A stretch of DNA of 58,912 nt from an uncultured Myxococcales bacterium (GTDB taxonomy: Bacteria > Myxococcota > UBA727 > VGSZ01): assembly GCA_964580865.1 (NCBI GenBank), contig CAZONM010000002.1, forward strand, positions 1-58,912. The letters are read 5' to 3'. A program made the translations under genes and the position numbers. Each line of letters begins with the position of its first letter. Positions within the stretch are counted from its first letter, which is position 1. Positions 1 through 11,427 of this stretch are shown here, piece after piece. The notes below the pieces were generated by a model. The model worked only from the letters and a program-made list of their open reading frames with translations. It had not been told where the DNA came from and searched no databases.

Positions 1-2
1 CT

Positions 3-134
3 CACGCGCGCGCGGCGCCCGAGCGCGCCAACGACGCGCACGTGCGCGCGCTCGAGGAGCGCGCGCTCCAGGCGCTCGAGCACGCGGGCTACACCGCGAT
101 GGTGGCTGAGGCTCGGCGCACCGACGTCGAGTAG
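3..134 (+). CDS. 3' end of an unidentified CDS truncated by the window edge
   Basis: The frame from nt 3 reads HARAAPERANDAHVRALEERALQALEHAGYTAMVAEARRTDVE-TAG with host-like codons and converges on the mmsA stop. Confidence 0.5.
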   Translation, partial: HARAAPERANDAHVRALEERALQALEHAGYTAMVAEARRTDVE

Positions 135-136
135 CG

Positions 137-1645
<1,509 letters not shown>

Positions 1646-1738
1646 GGGGCCCCGAGGGTAATCGGCCCCATGGTAGAGGGTGGCGCCGAGGCCGCAATGC
1701 CCTCTGCGTCGGTGCCCAAGCCCCGCGCGATTTCGCCC

Positions 1739-1780
1739 TGGGATCGCGGTGTGATCGCCCTGTGATCGCCCTGTGATCGA
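1739..1780. promoter_or_regulatory. 11-bp-phased direct repeat (TGTGATCGCCC)n in the divergent mmsA / DUF3365 intergenic region
   Basis: TGGGATCGCGG (1739-1749), TGTGATCGCCC (1750-1760), TGTGATCGCCC (1761-1771), TGTGATCGA (1772-1780). The repeat is directly visible; its regulatory role is inferred. Confidence 0.55.
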
Positions 1781-1825
1781 CGAACTGCCGTCGTTCGTGA
1801 GCCCGGCCGAGATCGACGCTAGGCT

Positions 1826-2965
1826 GTGCCGATGGCGACGCGCATGCGCCCCGAGGACGACGAGCCGGCGGACGCCGCTCCGCGGTCGCGCTTCGCCACC
1901 GCCGACCTGAGCCTGGTGGACGCCAACGAGGAGCTGTCGGCGACCGCGGACCTCCCCGCGCGCGACCCCGCCGACGCCAGCGCCGATGCCGACACCGCGG
2001 TGGTGCGACGGCGACCGGGCGAGGTGAGCGGCGCGCGCGCCGCGCCCATCCCCACCCGCGTGGGCGGCGCGGCGGGCGGTGGGCTCGGGCGCGTCGGTCT
2101 GCGCGTGAAGTTCAACGCCGCGCTCCTGTTCGCCTTCGCCGTGGGCCTGGCGCTCGCGGCCTGGCTGTCGAACCGCGTGCTGCGCGACAACGCGCGCCAG
2201 GAGGTGCTGCAAGAGGCGCGCATCATGATGGAGAGCGCCTTGAGCGCGCGCGCCTACACGGCGCAACACGTCAAGCCCCTCCTCGAGGACCAGCTCGCCG
2301 AGCGCTTCCTGCCGGAGACGGTCTCGGCCTACGCCGCGACCAACATCTTCCTCTCGCTGCGCACGCAGTTCCCCGAATACACCTACAAGGAGGCGGCGCT
2401 GAACCCGCGCAACCCGGCCAACCGCGCGACCGACTGGGAGGCCGACCTGGTGAACGAGTTCCGCAACCACCACGACCGCCGCGAGCTGGCGGTGGTGCGC
2501 GACACCCCCACGGGACAGCTGCTGCACCTGGCGCGCCCGCTCGTCGTCAGCGAGGAGAGCTGCCTTGGGTGCCACAGCACCCCCGAGCGCGCCCCCGCGA
2601 CCATGATCGCCAAGTACGGCAGCGCCAACGGCTTCGGCTGGCAGCTGCACGAGGTGGTGGCGGCGCAGGTGGTGACCGTGCCCATGTCGGTGCCCATGGC
2701 GCGGGCGCGCGATGCCCTCGCCACCTTCGTGCTGCTGCTCGCCGGCGTCTTCGCGCTGGTGCTGGTGCTGCTCAACGTGCTGTTGCACTTCACGGTCATC
2801 AGACCCGTGGTGCGCATGGCGGCCATCGCCAACGACGTGAGCATGGGGCGCGAGGGCGCGGCCGACGAGGTGCTCCACGGCAGCGACGAGATCGCGTCGC
2901 TGTCGCGATCCTTCCACCGCATGCGCGTGAGCCTGGAGAAGGCCATGGCGATGCTGGACGAGTGA
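1826..2965 (+). CDS. Membrane sensor: TM - DUF3365/Tll0287-like c-type haem domain - TM - HAMP, with no output domain
   Basis: TM1 AALLFAFAVGLALAAWL; YKEAALNPRNPANRATDWE; haem motif CLGCH; GFGWQLHEVVAAQVVTVP; TM2; HAMP (IRPVVRMAAIANDVSMG..DEIASLSRSFHRM), then stop. Start may be 1826, 1832 or 1844. Confidence 0.85.
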   Translation: MPMATRMRPEDDEPADAAPRSRFATADLSLVDANEELSATADLPARDPADASADADTAVVRRRPGEVSGARAAPIPTRVGGAAGGGLGRVGLRVKFNAALLFAFAVGLALAAWLSNRVLRDNARQEVLQEARIMMESALSARAYTAQHVKPLLEDQLAERFLPETVSAYAATNIFLSLRTQFPEYTYKEAALNPRNPANRATDWEADLVNEFRNHHDRRELAVVRDTPTGQLLHLARPLVVSEESCLGCHSTPERAPATMIAKYGSANGFGWQLHEVVAAQVVTVPMSVPMARARDALATFVLLLAGVFALVLVLLNVLLHFTVIRPVVRMAAIANDVSMGREGAADEVLHGSDEIASLSRSFHRMRVSLEKAMAMLDE

Positions 2966-2966
2966 C

Positions 2967-4334
2967 ATGTCCGACGATGGCGACGCGCTGCGCCCGGCGA
3001 TGATCGGCCGCTACCGCATCGACGGCGAGCTCGGCCGCGGCGCCATGGGCACGGTGTACCTCGGCCACGACACCACCATCGATCGCGCGGTGGCCATCAA
3101 GACCATCAACCCCGACCTGGTGCAGGGCAAGCACGGCGCCGCCTGGATCGAGCGCTTCCGCCGCGAGGTGCGCGCCGCCGGGCGCTGCGTGCACCCCAAC
3201 ATCGTCACGGTGTTCGACTACGGGGACGACGACGGCTTGCCCTTCATCGTGATGGAGCGCGTGGACGGCATGGCGCTGCGCGAGATCGTGCGCGAGCGCG
3301 GCGCGCAGTCGGCCGGCAACGCCGCCGCCATCGTCGAGCAGGTCTTGTTCGCGCTCGATCACGCCCACGGCCACGGCGTGGTGCACCGCGACATCAAGCC
3401 CGCCAACATCCTGCTGCTCGACGACGGGCTCGTGAAGGTCACGGACTTCGGCATCGCGCGCCTCGAGAGCGGCGACGGCGCCGACGTCGAGCGCGTGGGC
3501 GTGGGGACGCCCGGCTACATGGCCCCGGAGCAGTTCGCCGCGGGGCGCACCGACCGCCGCGCCGATCTCTACTCGTGCGGCGTGGTGCTCTTCGAGCTGC
3601 TCACGGGCGCGCGGCCCTTCCACGGCGGCGGCGAGCAGGCCCTGCGCGACCTCGTGCAGAACGCGCCGCCGCCGCGGCCGTCGGCGGTGAAGCCGAGCGT
3701 GCCCAAGGAGCTCGACCCGGTGCTGGCGCGCGCGCTCGCCAAGGCGCCCGCCGACCGCTACCAGAGCGCCGCCGAGTTCCTCGAGGCGCTGCAGGCGCTC
3801 GGCCTGGTCGAGCGCGAGCTCGGCACCGGGCCGCTCGACACGCGCGTAGGCCGGCCGTCGGTCACGCACGCGCCCTCCTTCGACGCGGCGCTCCTCGACC
3901 GCGCCGTGCGCGGCCTCGTGCTGGTGCTCGGCCCCGTTGCGCGGGTGCTGGTGCGGCGGGTGGCGCAGCGCGCGCGCACCGTCACCGAGCTGACCGAGGC
4001 GCTCGCGGCCGCCATCCCCGACGACACCGAGCGCCGGCGGTTCCGCGAGCTCATGGGCGGCGCGCCCGTGGCGGACGGCGACGAGCGCACGGTGCCCGAC
4101 GCCGGCGCCAGCTCGTCGAGCCACATGCCCACCGCCCTGGGCGTGTTCGACCAGGCCACCCTCGAAGGCGCCCGTCGCGACCTCGCCGATCACATGGGGC
4201 CCATCGCCAAGGTGTTGGTGAAGCAGGCCGCGCCTCGCGCCACCACGCTGCGCGGCCTCTATGTGCTGTTGGCCGAGCACCTCTCGGACCCCGAGGAGCG
4301 CGCGCGCTTCCTGGCGCGCGCGCCGGGGTCGTAA
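2967..4334 (+). CDS. Soluble Hanks-type Ser/Thr protein kinase with a duplicated C-terminal helical module
   Basis: LGRGAMGTVY, VAIK, HRDIKPAN, DFG and GTPGYMAPE motifs; no TM segment; starts 1 nt after the sensor stop. Confidence 0.92.
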   Translation: MSDDGDALRPAMIGRYRIDGELGRGAMGTVYLGHDTTIDRAVAIKTINPDLVQGKHGAAWIERFRREVRAAGRCVHPNIVTVFDYGDDDGLPFIVMERVDGMALREIVRERGAQSAGNAAAIVEQVLFALDHAHGHGVVHRDIKPANILLLDDGLVKVTDFGIARLESGDGADVERVGVGTPGYMAPEQFAAGRTDRRADLYSCGVVLFELLTGARPFHGGGEQALRDLVQNAPPPRPSAVKPSVPKELDPVLARALAKAPADRYQSAAEFLEALQALGLVERELGTGPLDTRVGRPSVTHAPSFDAALLDRAVRGLVLVLGPVARVLVRRVAQRARTVTELTEALAAAIPDDTERRRFRELMGGAPVADGDERTVPDAGASSSSHMPTALGVFDQATLEGARRDLADHMGPIAKVLVKQAAPRATTLRGLYVLLAEHLSDPEERARFLARAPGS

Positions 4335-4337
4335 GCG

Positions 4338-4661
4338 TCACGCGGCAGGCACGCGCACGCGCGTGGCGATGGCGCCGACGACGAGCAGGATGAGCGCCAG
4401 GCCGCCCGAGATGACGCCGTTGGCGGCGGCCTCGCTGGCGCCGAGCGACAGGAGCATCACCTTCTCGGGCAGGCTGGGCGCGCCCTCGGCGGCGCGGCTC
4501 ACCAGGCGCATGCCCAGGCCATGGCCGAGCACACCCGACGCCACCACGGCGACCGCGAAGGGCGTGGCCGGCAGCCTCTTGAACGCCACCAGGCCGATCC
4601 CCGCCAGGAACACCGCCGCCGACAGCCAGCTCGCGAAACCCGCTTCCATGAACAGTTGCAT
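4338..4661 (-). CDS. Small 3-TM membrane protein (107 aa), loosely MotA/TolQ/ExbB-like
   Basis: AAGGAGG RBS before MQLFMEAGF; three hydrophobic stretches; the segment EKVMLLSLGASEAAAN recalls the ExbB/TolQ G-I-S-E-A motif. Confidence 0.6.
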   Translation of the reverse strand: MQLFMEAGFASWLSAAVFLAGIGLVAFKRLPATPFAVAVVASGVLGHGLGMRLVSRAAEGAPSLPEKVMLLSLGASEAAANGVISGGLALILLVVGAIATRVRVPAA

Positions 4662-4779
4662 TGCAGCCTCCTTGTGCACGGCAGATGGCGGCCGGCGCGA
4701 TTGTGACATGCGGATCCGCCGGCCGGGGGGACCGATCGGTAGCGTTGGCCGGCGCGCCTTGCCCTGCTAGACGCGCCCC

Positions 4780-5766
4780 ATGCTGCGCCTCGACCCCTTC
4801 CGCGTGGAGCGGCCGGCCACGGTCGACGAGGCCGTGGCGCTCCTGGCCGCCCACGGGCCGAAGGCGCGGGTCTTGGCCGGCGGCACCGACCTGCTGCCGA
4901 ACCTCAAGCACGGGCTGCACGCGCCCGAGCTGGTCGTGTCCATCGGCGCCGTGGCCGAGCTCCGTGGCGTGCGCGACGCAGGCGAGGCGCTCGAGATCGG
5001 CGCCTTGACCACCTTGGCGGAGCTGGAGCGTCACCCGCTGGTGCTGCGCCACGCGCCCGGCCTGGCGCGCGCCGCGGCGCAGGTGGCGGGGCCCCAGCTG
5101 CGGCGCATGGGCACCCTCGGCGGCAACCTGTGCCTCGACACGCGCTGCCTCTACTACAACCAGACCGCCTTCTGGCGGGAGGCGCTCGGCTACTGCCTGA
5201 AGAAGGACGGCAGCGCCTGCCACGTGGTGGCCGACGGAAAACGGTGCGTGGCCGCGGCGTCCAACGACACGGCCACCATGCTCATCGCCCTGGGCGCCGA
5301 GGTGGAGCTGCGCGCGCCGGCGGGCAGCCGGCAGGTGGCGCTCGACGCGTTCTACGTGCCCGACGGCGCCAAGAACACGGTGCTCGAGGACGGCGAGCTG
5401 GTGGTGCGCGTGCGCGTACCCAAGGCCTCGCCCGCGCGCCGCGAGGGGTACGCCAAGCTGCGGCACCGCAACAGCATCGACTTCCCGCTCCTGTCGGTGG
5501 CCGTGGCCGTCGACGTCACCGGGGCCGCGCCAGGCACGGTCGCCAGCGGGCGCTTGGTGGTGAGCGCGCTGCAGGCGCGCCCCGTGCGCGTGGGGCTCGA
5601 GGCCCTGCAGGGACGCGCGCTCGACGCCGCGGCCGTCGATGAGCTCGGGCACCTGGCGCGCGCGCGCTGCCACCCCATGACCAACATCGCCGACGACCCC
5701 GCCTGGCGCCGCGACATGGTGCCCGTGATGGTGCGGCGCGCCGTCGCCGACGCGCTCCATGCTTAG
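4780..5766 (+). CDS. hcrB: Xanthine-dehydrogenase-family FAD subunit with a [4Fe-4S] insertion; 4-hydroxybenzoyl-CoA reductase beta-subunit-like
   Basis: AGGTDLLPNL and GTLGGNL FAD motifs plus the insertion CLDTRCLYYNQ..W..GYCLK..CHV...RC, which matches the HcrB cluster-binding segment as I recall it. Confidence 0.8.
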   Translation: MLRLDPFRVERPATVDEAVALLAAHGPKARVLAGGTDLLPNLKHGLHAPELVVSIGAVAELRGVRDAGEALEIGALTTLAELERHPLVLRHAPGLARAAAQVAGPQLRRMGTLGGNLCLDTRCLYYNQTAFWREALGYCLKKDGSACHVVADGKRCVAAASNDTATMLIALGAEVELRAPAGSRQVALDAFYVPDGAKNTVLEDGELVVRVRVPKASPARREGYAKLRHRNSIDFPLLSVAVAVDVTGAAPGTVASGRLVVSALQARPVRVGLEALQGRALDAAAVDELGHLARARCHPMTNIADDPAWRRDMVPVMVRRAVADALHA

Positions 5767-6877
5767 AGCCGCCAGCCGATCCCTCCTGCGCGGCGCGCTG
5801 CGGCAGGTGGGCCGCGTGCCGTTCACGCGCAAGGCGCTCCACGCGCTCTCGGTGGCGTCCCGCGGCGCCGGCGTGGCCGTGCTGCGCGCGCGCCGGTTGC
5901 TCCCCGACACGGCCCTGGGCCGGCGCCACCAAGATTGGAGCGCAGGCGCGCTGACGCCCGCGGCGCTCAAGCGCGAGCTGCGCGACGCCCAGGGCACCCT
6001 CGACTTCGTGCACCTGGCCGAGGCGGTCGCGGTCTTGGAGCGCGGCGATCGCCTCGAGCGCGGCTTGGCGGTCCTCACGTTCGACGAGAGCTTCGCCGCC
6101 ACCGTGGAGCTGGCCCTGCCCGTGCTGCGGGAGCTGGGGGTGCCGGCCACCATCTTTGTGACCACCGGCTTCCTCGATCCCGGCACCCCCGGGGTGTTTC
6201 ACGCCACGCTCTGGGACGAGGCCGTGCGCTGCGCCGTCGAGCAACACGCTCCGCGGCCCTTGGCGGTCTCGTGGATCGACCGGGTGCTCCGAACCGAGAC
6301 TGCCGCCAAGCGACGCGCCGCCACGCGCCGCCTCCTCTTGTCGCTGGCCGCGCTCGACGAGGAGCGCCTCGAGCGTCGGCTCGGCGAGCTGTTCCAGCGC
6401 ACGGGCGGGACACCGCCGTGCGCGCCGCTCGACCGCATGTTGGGCCGCTTCGAGCTGGCCGAGCTGTGCAAGGAGCCGCTCTTGTCGTTCGGCGCCCATG
6501 GCGAGCGGCACCTGGCGTTGGCCAATGCGACCGCCAGCGCGCTGCAAGACGAGATGGTGCGCCCGCGCGAGGTCTTGCAGCAGCTGTGCGGCGCCTCCTT
6601 CGCCGACGTCGTCAGTTACCCCTTCGGCCGCTCGCCGTACGTGGACGATCGGGCCGTGCTCGCCGCCCGGGCCGCCGGCTACCGCGCGGCGCTCGGCGCC
6701 GAGCCTGGCGTGGCGCGGCCGGGCGATCACCTGTACCGGCTGCCGCGCCTGCCCATCGGCCCGGGAACCAGCGGCATCGCCGCCTACGAGCTGCAGGGCA
6801 CGTTCGATGCGGTGGACGAGATCGTCCTGGTAGCCAGCGGCGACCGCACGCGCCTCGACGCGTCATTGCAGGGCTAG
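5759..6877 (+). CDS. Polysaccharide deacetylase (CE4/NodB-like)
   Basis: LTFDES (variant of TFDDG), HGERH metal motif, SYPFG, RLPR; overlaps the hcrB stop by 8 nt. Confidence 0.75.
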   Translation: MLRAASRSLLRGALRQVGRVPFTRKALHALSVASRGAGVAVLRARRLLPDTALGRRHQDWSAGALTPAALKRELRDAQGTLDFVHLAEAVAVLERGDRLERGLAVLTFDESFAATVELALPVLRELGVPATIFVTTGFLDPGTPGVFHATLWDEAVRCAVEQHAPRPLAVSWIDRVLRTETAAKRRAATRRLLLSLAALDEERLERRLGELFQRTGGTPPCAPLDRMLGRFELAELCKEPLLSFGAHGERHLALANATASALQDEMVRPREVLQQLCGASFADVVSYPFGRSPYVDDRAVLAARAAGYRAALGAEPGVARPGDHLYRLPRLPIGPGTSGIAAYELQGTFDAVDEIVLVASGDRTRLDASLQG

Positions 6878-6985
6878 AGCACCGATCTCTTGCGACGAAG
6901 CGGCGGATCCGGCTAGATCTCGCGTGCGCGACCTGTCTCAGTCCGGGACGAGCGCAGCGCCCGCATCTTCCTTCGCAGGTGTCTC

Positions 6986-8362
6986 ATGGTGGCCGTGCAG
7001 AAGCATGCTCTCGCAGCCCGCGTGTTGCTCGTTGACGACGATGAGGCCATCTGCGGCTTGGTCTCGAAGTACCTCGAGCACCACGGACACAAGGTCGAGG
7101 TGGTGCTCGACGGGCGCGAGATCGATCGCGCGCTGCAGTCGCCCTTCGACGTGGTGCTGCTCGACATCACCATGCCGAACGTCGACGGCCTGTCGCTGCT
7201 CGACCGCCTGGCGCGGGACCACAAGGAGCTGGCGGTGGTGATGATGACCGCCGCCACCGGCGTCGACAACATCGTCGACGCCATGCGCCGGGGGGCGTTC
7301 GACTACCTGACGAAGCCTCTCGACCTGCAGCGCCTGGCCATCGTGGTGCGAAACGCCGCCGAGCAGACCCGCCTGCGCCTGGAGAGCGACGGCCTGCGCG
7401 CCGCCATGATCCGCGGTGACGGCGGCCCCCACCTCATCTGCGGCTCGCAAGCCATGAGCGAGGTCATCTCGCTCGTCGAGCGCGTCGCCGCCTCGCGCGT
7501 GCCGGTGCTGGTGTACGGCGAGCCGGGCACCGGAAAAGAGCTGGTAGCGCAGCGCATCCACGCGCGCTCACGGCGGCGCGACGGGCCCTTCGTCACGCTC
7601 AACTGCGCGCTCAAGCCCGCGGAGCTCCTGCAGGCGCAGCTCTTCGGCGACGGGGAGCACGGCGGGCGCTTCGAGGAGGCGCGCGGCGGCACCTTGTTCC
7701 TCGACGAGGTCGGCGAGCTCGAGGCCGACCTGCAGGCCCGGCTCGATCGGCAGCTGCACGACGCGCAGCTGCAGGATCGGCGCGGCCACAACGGCGGCGA
7801 CGTGCGCGTCATCGCCTCGACGGTGCGCCACCTGCCGAGCGAGGTGTCGCGCGGCACCTTCCGCGCCGACCTGTTCTATCGACTCAACGTCTTCTCCATC
7901 ACGGTGCCGCCGCTGCGCGATCGGCAAGACGACATCGCCGCGCTCGCCCGCTACGCGCTCGCCCGCTTCGCGGCGCGGGAGAACCAGCCGCCCCCCACCA
8001 TCTCCGACGAGGTCATGGAGGCGCTGTTGCGCTACGAGTGGCCGGGCAACGTGCGCGAGCTGTTCAACACCGTCGAGCGCATGGCCCTGACGGCCAATGG
8101 CGGCGTCATTCGGCTCAGCGACCTGCCGGCCGACGTCACGGCGTCGGACGCCCAGCGCACCGGCAGCGACGGCATGACCGAGGAAGAGAAGCAGGCGGTG
8201 CGCCCGCTGCACGAGATGGAGCGGGAGCTGATGATCGCGGCGCTGCGCGAGACCGCCGGCAACGTCTCGGAGGCCGCGCGCCGCCTGGGCATCGGCCGGG
8301 CCACCTTCTACCGGCGCGCGCAGCGCCATGGGCTCACGCGCGAGGACGGCTTCCCCGGGTGA
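6986..8362 (+). CDS. NtrC-like response regulator (REC - AAA+ - Fis-type HTH) lacking the GAFTGA loop
   Basis: REC with LLDITMP; Walker A GEPGTGKE; Walker B LFLDE; FRADLFYRLNV; WPGNVREL; HTH GNVSEAARRLGIGRATFYRR. Confidence 0.9.
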   Translation: MVAVQKHALAARVLLVDDDEAICGLVSKYLEHHGHKVEVVLDGREIDRALQSPFDVVLLDITMPNVDGLSLLDRLARDHKELAVVMMTAATGVDNIVDAMRRGAFDYLTKPLDLQRLAIVVRNAAEQTRLRLESDGLRAAMIRGDGGPHLICGSQAMSEVISLVERVAASRVPVLVYGEPGTGKELVAQRIHARSRRRDGPFVTLNCALKPAELLQAQLFGDGEHGGRFEEARGGTLFLDEVGELEADLQARLDRQLHDAQLQDRRGHNGGDVRVIASTVRHLPSEVSRGTFRADLFYRLNVFSITVPPLRDRQDDIAALARYALARFAARENQPPPTISDEVMEALLRYEWPGNVRELFNTVERMALTANGGVIRLSDLPADVTASDAQRTGSDGMTEEEKQAVRPLHEMERELMIAALRETAGNVSEAARRLGIGRATFYRRAQRHGLTREDGFPG

Positions 8363-8388
8363 CCGCCGGCGTTGCTATGGTGGCAGGC

Positions 8389-9192
8389 ATGGGGAGCGAT
8401 TCGCGAGTCACCCGGTTGCCGCTGCTCGCCGCGTGCCTGGCGCTCGCGCTGGGCGCCGGCTGCAGCACGGTCATCAAGCCCACGCGCCCCGACACACCGT
8501 TGGTGGCCGACGGGCCGCCGCTCGCCGGCGTGCGCTTCGACGGCGACGCCACGGTGCTGCGCGAGCCCGGGCAGCCGTTGTCGCCGAGCCGCACCTGGCA
8601 GCGCGAGGTGCAGAACTACACGGCCACGTCGCTCAACACACTGTTGGCCGCCGACGATGAGGCGCCCACGGCGCGCACCATCGCCACCATGGACCTGGCA
8701 GGCCCATCGGCGCTGCAGATCGGCACCTGGAAGGAGATGACCATCGGGCTCACCTCCACGCTGCCCGACGGCACCGTGGTCAAGAGCGAGCCGGTCACGG
8801 GCAACATCGACGACGGCTTCGAGTACGCGGTCACCACCACGCTCGGGGTGAGCGCCACGGTGCTCGAGGTGACGTCGGTGGCGGCGCTGCTCTACTCGGT
8901 GGTCACGCGCGATCCCAACGGGTGGCTGGTGGTGTTGGGCTCCCTGGTGGGCGGCATCGGGCTGTACGTGGCGCAGAGCTCGTCGCAGTACATCATCGCC
9001 GCGTCGGAGCAGACGCGCTGGTCGAACCTGTACGCGGGCGCGCTCTCCCAGCACGCGCGCGACGTGCGTACGCGCATCGGCACCGGACCACCGCCGCGCC
9101 CGCCGGCGCCGGTGCCGAGCCCCGCCGCGCCGCCCGGCGACCCGAGCGACGCGCCCCCACCGCTGCTCGACCCGACGCCCCCGCCACCGTGA
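8389..9192 (+). CDS. Hypothetical lipoprotein with an internal hydrophobic helix pair and a Pro-rich tail
   Basis: Lipobox LALGAGC; two hydrophobic segments; C-terminal PPPRPPAPVPSP. Alternative ATG at 8377. Confidence 0.65.
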   Translation: MGSDSRVTRLPLLAACLALALGAGCSTVIKPTRPDTPLVADGPPLAGVRFDGDATVLREPGQPLSPSRTWQREVQNYTATSLNTLLAADDEAPTARTIATMDLAGPSALQIGTWKEMTIGLTSTLPDGTVVKSEPVTGNIDDGFEYAVTTTLGVSATVLEVTSVAALLYSVVTRDPNGWLVVLGSLVGGIGLYVAQSSSQYIIAASEQTRWSNLYAGALSQHARDVRTRIGTGPPPRPPAPVPSPAAPPGDPSDAPPPLLDPTPPPP

Positions 9193-9194
9193 CC

Positions 9195-11369
<2,175 letters not shown>

Positions 11370-11427
11370 GCGGCGGCCACCTCCCACGGCCCCACCCTGG
11401 CGGTGCCGGGCCACGCTAGCATGCGTC

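Noticed and set aside
1646-2968. N-terminal extension making mmsA a 943-aa ORF
   Set aside because: It is the antisense shadow of the DUF3365-HAMP gene; ALDH homology starts at ATG 1645.
4720-4780. Sigma54 promoter (TTGGCCGGCGCGCCTTGC) upstream of hcrB
   Set aside because: The GG-to-GC spacing is 12 or 8 nt, not the required 10.
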